Of a stretch of DNA of 64,000 bases, positions 48,802-59,979 are shown one piece after another. This stretch comes from an uncultured delta proteobacterium (GTDB lineage Bacteria; Desulfobacterota; Binatia; Binatales; Binataceae), in contig CAWCDG010000003.1 of the NCBI GenBank assembly GCA_963794325.1, positions 160,001 to 224,000 of the forward strand, read 5' to 3'. The notes beneath the pieces were generated by a model that searched no databases, had not been told where the DNA came from, and saw nothing but the letters and a program-made list of their open reading frames with translations. Each line of letters opens with the position of its first letter. Position 1 is the stretch's first letter. The position numbers and the translations under genes were made by a program.

Positions 48802-51800
48802 ATGCCCACTGCGCTCGACGATTTCCATCCCAGTGTTCGCGCATGGTTCGAGCGGCGCTTCGATGCGCCGTCGCGCGCGCAGGAGCTCGGCTGGCCGGTT
48901 ATCGGCGCCGCAAACGATGCAGTCGGGTACGACGTTTTGCTTTGCGCGCCGACTGGCAGCGGCAAGACGCTCGCCGCCTTCATGTGGGCGATCAACGGTC
49001 TCGTGCTCGACGCCGCGAGCGATCAGCTCCGTGACGAAGTCTCAGTCCTTTACGTTTCCCCGCTGAAGGCGCTCGCCAACGACATCCGCCTCAATCTCGA
49101 GGAGCCGCTCAACGGCGTCCGCGACGTCGGCGCCGAGTCGGGCCTGGATCTCTCGCGCATCCGCGCCGGCCTTCGCACCGGCGACACCTCTGCGAGCGAG
49201 CGCACTGCGATGCTCCGTCGGCCGCCGCATATTCTCGTCACGACCCCCGAGTCGCTGTTTATCCTGCTGACCTCGCCCAAGTTCCGCGAGAAGCTCGCCG
49301 GTGTCCGCCACGTGATCGTCGATGAGCTCCACGCGCTCGCGGGCAACAAGCGCGGTGCACATCTCGCGCTGACGCTGGAGCGTCTCGAACGCTTCGTGAG
49401 CAGTCGTGGGAATGCGCGCCCGAATCGAATCGGCTTGTCGGCCACCTTGAATCCAATCGAAAAGCTTGCGGGATTCCTGGCCGGCTACGATGTAGCCAGC
49501 GACAACTCGCGCACGCCGCGTCCAATCAAAATAGTTCGCGCTGACGACCGCGTTCGCGCGATGGATCTCCAGGTCATCGCGCCGGGGCCCGAGCTTGGGC
49601 CGCTGGCCACCCATCCGCATTGGGAGGCGATGTACGACGAAGTCGCGCGCCTCATCGGCGAGCATCGCACGACCCTCGTGTTCACGCTGAGCCGCCGCCA
49701 TGCGGAGCGCGTCGCCATCAATCTGCAGAAGCGGCTCGGGGCTGACGCCGTGATGGCGCATCATGGCAGCCTCGCTCGCAGTGAGCGATTACTTGCCGAG
49801 CAACGCCTCAAGCGCGGCGAGTTGAAAGCGATCGTCGCGACCGCTTCGCTCGAACTCGGCATCGACGTCGGCGCGGTCGATCTCGTCTGCCAGCTCGATA
49901 CGCCCAAATCCATTTCAGCCGCGATTCAGCGCATCGGCCGCTCCGGACACAGCCTCGGCGCCACCCCCAAGGGCCGCTTCTTCGCGCTCACCACCGACGA
50001 CTTGCTCGAATGCGGTGCTGCGGTGCGCGCGATTCGCCATGGCCATCTCGACGAAGTGGAAATCCCGATGGGATGCATCGATATTGTCGCGCAGCAAATC
50101 GTCGCAATCGCCGCTGAGGATGAGGAAATCTCCGAGGCCGATCTCCTACGCGTTATCCGCCGTGCATACAACTTCGCCGATCTCGACGCCGCCAAACTGC
50201 GTCATCTCCTCGAACAGCTCTCCGCCGAATTGCCCGAGCGGATAATGGGTGCGGCGCCGAAAATTTTCTTCGATCGTGTCAACGCTCGCGTCCGCCCGCG
50301 CCGCTCCGCACGATTGTCGGTGATCACTTCCGGCGGAACGATTCCCGAAGCGGGCAACTACGATGTCGTGATCGAATCCGAAGGACGCAAAGTCGGCGAC
50401 GTCGAAGAGGACTTTGCGCAGGAGTCGTCGCGCGGCGACGTTTTTTCGCTGGGCTCGATGCCCTGGCAGATTCAGCGCATCTCGCGCGGACGCCTGATGG
50501 TCGAGCCGGCGCCCGGGATGGCGCCGACGCTGCCGTTCTGGATCACCGAGGCGGGCGGCCGCTCGCCTGCGATGTCGGCCGAGATAAGCGATCTGCGCCA
50601 CGAGATTTGGAATCGCATCCAGCGCAACGAATCAGCCGAAGACTGGCTGATGACCGAATGCGCGATGAGCGAGCGTGCGGCCACGCAAGCCGCCGACTAC
50701 GTACGTCGCGGAGTCGAGGCGCTCACTGCGATTCCCGACGCGAAGACCGTCGTCATCGAGCGCTTCTTCGACGGCCTCGGCGGTACCCAAATCGTCATCC
50801 ACACGCCGTTCGGTATCCGCTTGAACCGCGGCCTTGGCCTCGCGATTCGAAAGCGCCTGTGCCAGTCGTTCGATTTCGAAATCCAGGCGTCCGCGATCGA
50901 CGATGGCGTGCTGCTCGCGCTGAATTCGCGCCACAGTTTTCCGCTCGACACTCTCTTCAGCATGTTGAAGGCGCGCAACGCTCGCGACGTGCTCGTGCAG
51001 GCTCTGCTGGCGGCGCCGATGTTCGAAGTGCGCTTCCGTCATGTCGCGACCCGCGCGCTTGCGGTCATGCGCTCGTCGCGCGGCAAGAGAGTTCCCGCGT
51101 GGATTCAGCGCCTGCGCTCGCAGGAGCTTTTGTCGTCGATTTTTCCCGGGCAGCAAGCATGCTTCGAGAACCGTCCGGGCGCGATCGAGCTGCCGGACCA
51201 TTTCGTGATCGACGAAACGATCCGCGAGTGCCTCGAGGAATCCACCGATTTGCCGCGCACGATTCAACTGCTTGAGGGAATCGAGAGCGGCGCGATTCGC
51301 ACTGTCGCGGTCGATGCGATCGCGCCATCGGTGTTTGCGCATCGCTTGTTGCTCGCGTGGGACTACTCGTTCCTCGACGACGGCGAGCGCGCCAATCGCC
51401 GCTCGCGCACGGTCACGATGAATCGTGGCATGGCCGAGGACGTTTTCCGCAAAGAGGATCTTTCCGATTTGCTCTCGGCCGATGCGGTCGAAAGCGTCGT
51501 TGCCGAAGTCACGGGCCGCGCCGCTGGACGCAAGCCGCGATCGCGCGACGAGCTGTTCGAACTGATCAAGGCGCACGGCTCGCTGACCTTGTCCGAGATC
51601 GAAGAACGGGTAGACGAGGGTGCGCGCGCGATGATCACTGAGCTGGACGCGGAGGGCAGGCTCGCGCGGGTCAGCGTCAGCAGTCGAATCAGTCGAAAGA
51701 ATTATTGCAACCGAAGATCAACCGCTCTTCGCTGCTGCGTATGCAAGTGCTTCGACCGAGAGAGACGCGGCGCGTATCGAACTCGTCCGGCGCGCAATGA

Positions 51801-53293
51801 AAACCTGCGGACCGACCACCGCCGCTGAAGTCGCGGCGCGATTGCGTCTCAGGGAATCGGACGTCGAGCAAAATCTCGCTTCACTGGAGGGGCAGGGCGC
51901 AATCTTCCGCGGACACTTCACGCGCTCCGACAGTATTCAGTGGTGCGACCGCTACAACCTCGAGCGCATCCATCGGATGACCTTGGCGCGCGTGCGCGCC
52001 GAAATCGAGCCGTGCGCCGATCACGAGTACGCTAGTTTCCGCCTGCGATGGATGCATGTCGGCAGCACTGAGCTTCCCGCCGATCAGACCGGCGTGGCAA
52101 CGGTGCTCGATCAGCTTTCGGGAATCGCCGCGACCCCGGATCTCTGGGAGCATGCGATCCTGCCCGCGCGAATCGCCGGCTATCGTCCCGAGATGCTCGA
52201 CCTGGTTTGCATGAGCGGCCAGATGAAATGGGTCAGCGTGCCGGGAGAGAGCGTCGAAGATACGCCTCCAGTGAGCATCCCGTCGCGAGTCACCTTTATC
52301 CCGCGCAAGGCCAGCCTCTTCGTGCAGGGCAACGAATCCGCGGCTGAAGACCCGAAGGAACAAGCAGTGTTGGAGGCTCTGGGAGCCGCCGGAGCGCAAT
52401 ACCTCGACGAGATTGCCGAGCGCGCGAACGTCTCCGAGCGCGACGCGCTGTCCGCGCTCTGGCAGATGGCCGCGGCAGGACGCGTCAGCAACGACAACTT
52501 CGCGCCGCTCCGGATGTTCTCGGACGACCGCGGCGCCGAGCGCGCGCTCGAGTCCGTCGCGCGCCGCCCGACGAGTCGCCACGACGCCGCGGTCCGCGCG
52601 CGCCTCAAGTCCAGCCTCGCCGGCCGCTGGTCTCTAATCCGCGCCGCTGAAACTCCAGTTGTTGGCGCCGACGAAACCCGCGAGCTCGCGCTCAAGCTGC
52701 TCGAACGTAACGGAATTCTCGCACGCGAAATGCTCACTCTCGAATCGACGCACATCTCGTGGAGCGAAATCTCATTTGCGCTTAGACGGCTCGAATACGG
52801 CGGCGCGATTCGCCGCGGATGGTTCGTGCGCTCGCTTTCCGGCGAGCAGTACGCGCTGCCGGAAGCCGTCGAGATGCTGCACACCGCGCGCACTCTGATT
52901 CCCGCGCGCGAGAAGCCCGTGGCTCTAAGCGCGATCGATCCCGCCAACCCGTACGGTGCGCTCATCCCCGGATGCGGCATCGCACGCGAGGCCGGCAACG
53001 TGATCGTGCTGCGCGCGGGCCGCGTCATCGCCGGATTGCAGGGACGCGCGATGATCACCGGTAGCGACAACGAAAGCGCAGTTGACGACGAGAGTTTCGG
53101 CGCAGCAGTCGCCGCTCTCATGACGTTAAAGCCGCGTATCACCCTTGATTCAATCGACAGCGTCGCCGCGCTCGAATCGCCGCGAGTGGGAATCCTTGCC
53201 GCGATGCGCTTCCATTCCGATGGCCGCTCGCTCGTTTTCGACGGACTGCACGGTCCGGCGCCCGCGAAATCAAAGCGTGCAAATCTAAAGTGA
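48802..53293 (+). CDS. lhr: Lhr-family SF2 helicase (long form), frameshift near 51690
   Basis: APTGSGKT, YVSPLKALAND, DELH, GLSAT, HHGSL, SLELGID, QRIGRSGH; C-terminal IRRGWFV...GEQYA, DPANPYG in ORF 51797..53293. Confidence 0.9.
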
Positions 53294-53419
53294 TACTTGA
53301 GGACTCTTTTTTCAGTACTAAGGCCGCGCTCCGTTGTCGCGCGCGGATCGCAGAAGCTTGAGTTCCTGAGATTGCGTTTTGCCGGTTGATTGGGCGCGCT
53401 CGCGCGCTATTCTGGACGC

Positions 53420-56181
53420 ATGACGACCAACAGTTTTGGTGCTCGTTCGACGCTTACCGTCGATGGCAAGAGCTACACGATCTACAAGATCGACGCGCTC
53501 GAAAAGCATGGGTTCTCGCTGGCGCGGATGCCGTATTCGATCAAGGTGATGATCGAGAATGTGTTGCGGCGCGAGGACGGAGTGATCGTGACGAAGGGTC
53601 AGATCGAAGCGCTGGCGCGATGGAACGGCAAGGGCGGCGAGCGTGAAGTCTCGTTCATGCCGGCGCGCGTGCTGCTGCAGGATTTCACCGGAGTGCCGGT
53701 GGTCGCGGATCTCGCCGTGATGCGCGACGCGATCAAGAAGCTCGGCGGCAATCCCGATAAGATAAGTCCCCTGCAGCCGGTCGATCTGGTGATCGATCAC
53801 TCGGTGCAGGTCGATTCTTTCGGCACCCGCAACGCGTTCGCGGCGAATGCGCAATTGGAGTTCGATCGCAATCAGGAGCGCTATCTGTTCCTGCGATGGG
53901 GGCAGGGCGCCTTCGACAATTTCCGCGTCGTGCCTCCCGACACCGGAATCGTTCACCAGGTGAATCTCGAATATCTCGCGCCGGTGGTGTTCGCGTCGGA
54001 AAAAGGCGAGGCGTACCCCGACACGGTTATCGGCACCGATTCGCATACGACGATGATCAACGGGCTCGGCGTCGTGGGATGGGGTGTCGGCGGAATCGAG
54101 GCCGAAGCTGCGATGCTCGGGCGCTCGATGCCGATGCTGATTCCCGAGGTGATCGGATTTCGTCTGGCGGGCAGCCTGCGTCCCGGCGCGACCGCGACCG
54201 ACCTGGTGCTGACCGTCACCCAGATGCTGCGCAAGAAGGGCGTCGTCGGCAAGTTCGTCGAGTATTTCGGGCCGGGACTCGCGTCGTTGCCGGTCGCGGA
54301 TCGCGCGACGCTCGGCAATATGTCGCCCGAGTACGGCGCGACGATGGGATATTTTCCGGTCGACGAACAGACCCTCACTTACCTGCGGCTGACGGGACGC
54401 AGCGACAGCCAGATCAAATTGATCGAGGCGTACTGCAAGGCGCAGGGCCTGTTCAATTCGCCCGACGCGCCCGAGCCAAAATTTTCCGACACGCTCGAAC
54501 TCGATCTCGGCACCGTCGTTCCGAGCATGGCGGGCCCGCGCCGTCCGCAGGATCGAGTCGCGCTGACAGCGGCCAAGGGTGATTTCCGCCGCGAGCTCGG
54601 CAAGGAATTTGAGGAGCATCCGGGTGTCGATCGCGAAGAGCTGGCGAAGTGGGTCGCTGAAGGCGGCAACGGCGCGATGGCAGACGAAGGGACAATCCTT
54701 CATTCGAAGCTCGGTCATATCGCGCGCAAGGTCGAAGTGCATTCCGAGATGGGGAACTTTCCCTTGACGCACGGCGCGATCGTGATCGCGGCTATCACCA
54801 GCTGCACCAACACCTCGAATCCGTCGGTGATGCTCGCGGCAGGGATTCTCGCGAAGAAAGCGGTCGCGCGCGGCCTGACCGTCAAGCCGTGGGTCAAGAC
54901 CAGCCTCGCGCCGGGATCGAAGGTCGTCACGCAGTACCTCAAACGCGCGGGATTGACCGAGTCGCTCGAGAAATTGCGCTTCAACCTGGTCGGTTACGGA
55001 TGCACGACGTGTATCGGCAACAGCGGGCCGGTTGACGAGGCGATCGCGGGCGCGATCAAGCAGGGCAACCTGGTCGCGTGCGCGATTCTGAGCGGCAATC
55101 GCAATTTCGAGGGGCGCATCAATCCGGCGGTGCGCTTCAACTACCTCGCGTCGCCGCCGCTGGTGGTCGCATACGCGATTGCCGGCACGATGGATATCGA
55201 CGTCGAGCATCAACCGCTCGGCACCGGTTCCGACGGGCGTCCGGTTTTTCTGCGCGACATCTGGCCGTCGCAGGAGGAAGTCGCGTCGGCGGTGACCGGC
55301 TCGGTGCACGCCGAGATGTTCAAGAGCGAGTACGGGCAGGTGTTCGAAGGCGACGAGCGATGGAAGAGCCTCAAGGTTCCTGAGGGCAATCTGTTCCGCT
55401 GGGCCGAGGATTCGCTGTACGTCAAGGCGCCGCCGTTTTTTGAGGGCGTGACTGCCAAGGTGGGAGAGTTCACGGACATCAACGGCGCGCGCGCGCTGGC
55501 GGTGCTCGGCGACAGCGTGACGACCGATCACATTTCGCCGGCGGGCTCGATCGCGCCGGACAGTCCTGCCGGCAAATATCTGATCGAGCATGGCGTACAG
55601 CCCAAGGATTTCAATTCGTACGGCGCGCGGCGCGGGAATCATGAAGTGATGATGCGCGGGACGCTCGCGAATATCCGGCTAAAGAACCTGATGGTGCCGG
55701 GCGTCGAAGGCGGCTTCACTGCCCATCAGCCGGACGGCGATAAGATGACGATCTTCGACGCGTCGGAGCGCTATCGCAAGGAAGGCGTTCCGCTAATCGT
55801 GATCGCGGGTAAGGAATACGGCACCGGCTCGTCGCGCGATTGGGCCGCCAAAGGCGTGCAACTGCTCGGCGTGCGCGCGGTGATCGCGGAGAATTTCGAA
55901 CGAATCCATCGCAGCAACTTGATTGGGATGGGCGTGCTCGCGCTCGAGTTCAAGCCCGGCGAGAATCGGAAGAACTTGGGCTTACCGGCAAGGAAGTGTT
56001 TTCGATCACCGGATTGAAACTGGGAATCAAGCCGCGGCAGACGTTGAAGGTGCGCGGGGAGTTGGCTGGCAAGACGACCGAGTTCGAGGTGACGATGCGC
56101 GCGGATACGCCGGAGGAAGTCGAGTACGTCCGGCACGGCGGCATCCTGCCGTTCGTTCTGCGCGAACTGATTCGCGCGTGA
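53420..56181 (+). CDS. acnA: Aconitate hydratase A, frameshift near 55970
   Basis: LQDFTGVP, DHSVQVD, DSHTTM, SCTNTSNP, GCTTCIGNSG, GSSRDWAAKG; final GGILPFVLR in another frame. Confidence 0.95.
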
Positions 56182-56188
56182 GCTCTGG

Positions 56189-56383
56189 TTCCCTCCCCGA
56201 CTGGGGGGAGGGTTAGGGTGGAGGACAATTGTGCGGCGCGATTGTCTGTTGCGCCGCACATTCTGATCTCAGGCAGATTTGGTAGCCCCGCCACTCGAAC
56301 GAATTCGAAGAACCTAACCCCTAACCCCTTCCCGAGCGGGAAGGGGCCGGAGACGAAGGGAGCCTTCCCAGGGAAGGGGAACA
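56189..56383. repeat. Cluster of REP-like GC hairpins
   Basis: ccctcccc-gact-ggggggagggttagggtg, inverted copy cctaacccctaaccccttccc-gagc-gggaagggg, and ccttccc-a-gggaagg. Confidence 0.65.
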
Positions 56384-56401
56384 ATCGCGCTTGGAGAGCT
56401 G

Positions 56402-56707
56402 CTACTGCATGTGACCGGCGGCGGCGCCGGAGAGAGTCGAGATGCTTGGGGCGCCGGCCGCGGTGTGGGGCGGCTTCAAAGCGGGGTCGTCGCTGGAGAC
56501 GCACTTGTAGAATGGCTGCACCGTCTTCAATTGCGCCTTGCAGGCTTCTTCGGACTTCAACGTCTTGAACTTGAGCCATTGGGACAACGGCGCCGCGGTG
56601 TTCATCTTGTAGTCGCCCGACGCGTCCTTGACCGGCGGCATAACTGGCGGCGGAAGCATCAGGAACCAGCTAATCAACAACAACGGGGCTGCATAGCATT
56701 TTCGCAT
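56402..56707 (-). CDS. Small secreted protein with a Cys pair
   Basis: LISWFLMLPP...APLSQW...C...KCVSSDDP. Confidence 0.6.
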   Translation of the reverse strand: MRKCYAAPLLLISWFLMLPPPVMPPVKDASGDYKMNTAAPLSQWLKFKTLKSEEACKAQLKTVQPFYKCVSSDDPALKPPHTAAGAPSISTLSGAAAGHMQ

Positions 56708-56758
56708 GCCAATCAGTTACAGATTTTCTCGCCCGAATGCGATAGATGCGCGAGCATT

Positions 56759-57844
56759 TCACGCCGGCTGCGGTGCGATCGTATCGAGGCGGACCGACGC
56801 GCCGCTTTTGCGCGTCGCGTAGCGGCTTAGCAGTCGCACGACCGCAGGCGTGACTTCGTCGATCGCCTCGCGGCGGAAGCCGACGAATTCGGGACCGCGC
56901 ACCCGCATCATTCCCATCATCGAGAGCCGCAGCAGCGCCGCGACCGCCTGGCAGTAGCGGAAGCGCTCGAAGTCCATCGGCGCCATCGCATGGTAGAGCG
57001 GCATGTACAGCGCCGCGAAGCTCGCGCGAAGCCCGTTGCCGACAAGGTTGTCACGCATCCATCGCGGACGCTCCATCGCCGACGACGACAGAATCACCGC
57101 CGTCATCGCAGCGTCGAGGTGACGATCGCCAACGTCGGTATTCACCCAGTCGATCACGCCGGTCACGCGCACGCCTTGCACCATCACGTTGAGCGGATGG
57201 TAGTCCATGTGCACCAGTGAATCCGGGCTGCGGCGGAATTTGGGGGCGCGCTCGGTGACCAGATTCAGCGCCTCGCGAAGACCGGGCAGCGGGCCGGTCT
57301 CGACCCGATTGGCGATGATCGCGAGGACCCGATCGAGCAACGGCGATGCAGCGGTAGCCTCACCGATTGGCGCATATGCGCGCGGAATCTCGCGCAGGCC
57401 CGCACTGGCCGGATCGAGTTTGTGGAGTCGCGACTGGGTGCGGACGAACGAAAAAAATGCCATCGAAAAAGTCTTGAACGCATTCGGAAAGCTGCGGACC
57501 GCGAACAACTGGCCGCCCGCCAGCTTCTGCATGATGAGGAACGGTGCGCCGAGCGCGCCATGGTCACTCTCGAAAACGTACGGCCGCGGGACCGGATAAT
57601 CGGCGGCGAACAGTCGATCGATAGTGGTGTGTTCGCGAGTGCCCTTCGCGTCGGCGACGGAGCCCTGGTAGAAGCGCAAAACCATCGGCACGCCTGCGGG
57701 GATCGCCGCGAACCGTTGTGACGGCGCTTCGAGCGTGAATTCGAAGACTGTGGTTTCCCATCCGCTGGCAAGCACGCTCAAGCGCGCGACCGGCGCGCCG
57801 AGATAGGAAGATAGACGTTGTGCAATGTCGCCAAGGTCAAGCAT
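56759..57844 (-). CDS. APH/choline-kinase-family phosphotransferase
   Basis: LVHMDYHPLNV, GVIDW, GAPFLIM. Confidence 0.85.
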   Translation of the reverse strand: MLDLGDIAQRLSSYLGAPVARLSVLASGWETTVFEFTLEAPSQRFAAIPAGVPMVLRFYQGSVADAKGTREHTTIDRLFAADYPVPRPYVFESDHGALGAPFLIMQKLAGGQLFAVRSFPNAFKTFSMAFFSFVRTQSRLHKLDPASAGLREIPRAYAPIGEATAASPLLDRVLAIIANRVETGPLPGLREALNLVTERAPKFRRSPDSLVHMDYHPLNVMVQGVRVTGVIDWVNTDVGDRHLDAAMTAVILSSSAMERPRWMRDNLVGNGLRASFAALYMPLYHAMAPMDFERFRYCQAVAALLRLSMMGMMRVRGPEFVGFRREAIDEVTPAVVRLLSRYATRKSGASVRLDTIAPQPA

Positions 57845-57945
57845 TAGATCGATGCGCGCCGAAAATCCGCGCGAACCGCAGCGTAGTACACACGGAAATC
57901 GGGCGCAATTGAACTGACACGCGTGTCAGGTGCGGGGTGATGCGG

Positions 57946-59121
57946 CTAGTGCAGCGGATTGATGAAATGCTGCTCCGTTCCCGTGTTCGGTGGCGGCTCT
58001 GTCGACGGTTGAGACTCGGGCGCCATCTGCAATGTTTCGTTCGGGAGCGTCTGGCCGTTCTTCTGGTAATGCTCCTGCACCATCGACGAGAGCAATGGGC
58101 CGCTGCGATCGGTCAGATCGATTGAAACTTCGACCGACAGTCCCAGGCGCAACGGTTTGTCTTCCGGGCGCGGTCCGTCGATCACAATCTTGACCGGCAC
58201 GCGCTGCACGACCTTGACCCAGTTGCCGGTCGCATTCTCGGGCGGCAGCAGCGAGAACGCCGCGCCGGTGCCCATGCTGATCGAATCGACGTGCCCCTTA
58301 TACGTGTAACCTGGATAGATGTCGGCGACGATTTCCGCCTTCTGCCCGACGCGCACGTCGGTCAGCTGGGTCTCCTTGAAATTCGCGGTGAGGTACAGCT
58401 TGCCCAGCGGGACGATCGCCAGCAAAGGCTCTCCGACTTGCACGCGATTCCCGACATGGGCCGTCTTGTGAGTGACGACGCCGGTAAACGGCGCGGTGAG
58501 CCTGGTGTAGCTAAGATCGAGCTTGGCGGCTTCCAGAGCGGCTTCGGCCTGCTTGACGATTGGACGATCATAGCGCGACTGATCGTCGGTTTGGGTTCCG
58601 AGCGCGGCCTGCGCCTGGGTCAATTGATGCTGTGCCAGCGCTTCATCGGCCTGCGCGATACGCAGTCCGGTGTTGGCCTGATCGTATTGCTCGGCCGAGA
58701 CAACACCTTGCTCCTTCAACGATTTGGCGCGCTCATAATCGATGTTCGCCTGCTTGAGCTGCGACTGCACCAGCGACACGCCCGATCGCGCCGCCTGCAC
58801 TCCCGCGTATAGCTCATCGACCGATTGCCGGGCGCGCTCGAGCTGGGCCTGCGCCTGTTGGATCCTGACTTCGAAGTCGCGCGGATCGAGGGTCAATAAC
58901 AACTGCCCTTCCTTAATCGTCCAATTATCCTCGACGTAAACGTTGGTGACGGTGCCCGCGACGCGCGAGGACACCAGCGCGACGGTGCCGTCAACATAGG
59001 CGTCGTCGGTGCTGACGTGACTCTCGAGGTAGCTGTAGTAGTGATAAGCGGGAATCGCAGCGGCGGCGATTGCGATGATCACGACGGCCAAAACTACCCG
59101 GCGCACGAGCTGCGAGTTCAT
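57946..59121 (-). CDS. HlyD/EmrA-family membrane fusion protein
   Basis: STDDAYV, ANFKETQL, FSLLPPENATGNWVKVVQRVPV. Confidence 0.92.
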   Translation of the reverse strand: MNSQLVRRVVLAVVIIAIAAAAIPAYHYYSYLESHVSTDDAYVDGTVALVSSRVAGTVTNVYVEDNWTIKEGQLLLTLDPRDFEVRIQQAQAQLERARQSVDELYAGVQAARSGVSLVQSQLKQANIDYERAKSLKEQGVVSAEQYDQANTGLRIAQADEALAQHQLTQAQAALGTQTDDQSRYDRPIVKQAEAALEAAKLDLSYTRLTAPFTGVVTHKTAHVGNRVQVGEPLLAIVPLGKLYLTANFKETQLTDVRVGQKAEIVADIYPGYTYKGHVDSISMGTGAAFSLLPPENATGNWVKVVQRVPVKIVIDGPRPEDKPLRLGLSVEVSIDLTDRSGPLLSSMVQEHYQKNGQTLPNETLQMAPESQPSTEPPPNTGTEQHFINPLH

Positions 59122-59287
59122 AGGATCGTTTCAGATGCGGTGAGATCGAGGTGCTTTGTCGAGTCGCTCACTTGCTTCTGAGGCTAACTATGATGATTAC
59201 AGGAAGCTGTCAAACGTAGCGAGTCGATTGAGGACTGCGGGCGGATTACCCAGCGGACGCGCGCGCTGACTCAACCCATCACGCGAG

Positions 59288-59974
59288 TCATGGCTGGCGG
59301 ATCGTCAGGTTGGGACCCTTGCTAAACGTCGGCACGACCACCAATCCGTCGAGCGTCATGTTAGCGGTGAAAGTGGTGTGGTTGTTAGGTCCAAAGAACG
59401 TAGCGTCCACTTTACCGTTGGGGGTGTCGAAGACTATCAGAGTCGGCGCGCGTGACTGGATTATGAATCCGGTATTGATGTCCTCGACCAGCGCCTGGTA
59501 TCGCACCTTGAACGGACCGCTCAGGAATATTCGGAGATCGGGGAGCGCCGCCGACGGCACCGCGGTCTGCATACCAACCTGCACTGTTACGGTGCCAAAA
59601 GGCGCCATCGTCTCCTGAAGATCCTTGATGTGATTGCCGGTAATTATCTCGGCGCTCAGCAGGTTGTTGTCGGCGCTCGTCTTGGTAACCGTCAACTGCG
59701 CTTCATTCGAAGGAGGGTTGCAGATCGAGATGCTGAGCGGGACATTTCCCTGGAACGTCCAGTACGAGCGGGCATCCGATATAGTCGCAGTGAACGGTGT
59801 CCCGGTCGTGCCAAGGATTTGGTACGACGGCAGCTTCGGACCGTTCGGAGTGTTGCCGACGCTCCCGGAAAATCCAGTCTGGTTGTTGCAGGCCGCGACG
59901 CCAACCGCGATCGCCGCACCGATTAGGCTCATCGACAGAGTTCCCACGAAATGTCGCATCTTCCGCCTCGTCAT
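59288..59974 (-). CDS. Putative lipoprotein
   Basis: Lipobox VAAC; beta-rich mature part. Confidence 0.65.
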   Translation of the reverse strand: MTRRKMRHFVGTLSMSLIGAAIAVGVAACNNQTGFSGSVGNTPNGPKLPSYQILGTTGTPFTATISDARSYWTFQGNVPLSISICNPPSNEAQLTVTKTSADNNLLSAEIITGNHIKDLQETMAPFGTVTVQVGMQTAVPSAALPDLRIFLSGPFKVRYQALVEDINTGFIIQSRAPTLIVFDTPNGKVDATFFGPNNHTTFTANMTLDGLVVVPTFSKGPNLTIRQP

Positions 59975-59979
59975 CACGG

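Noticed and set aside
53318-55642. 774-aa antisense ORF, and similar long shadows at 16287..17897, 11031..12377 and 6365..7609
   Set aside because: Antisense shadows of well-supported GC-rich genes, with no motifs of their own
2527-56181. Programmed frameshifting or genome decay as the cause of the split FAD oxidoreductase, cofD, DUF1028, cyclase, lhr and acnA genes
   Set aside because: These are scattered single-base indels in unrelated, otherwise well-conserved genes, with no shared slippery motif that I can see. Long-read consensus error is the simpler explanation; read-level polishing would settle it.
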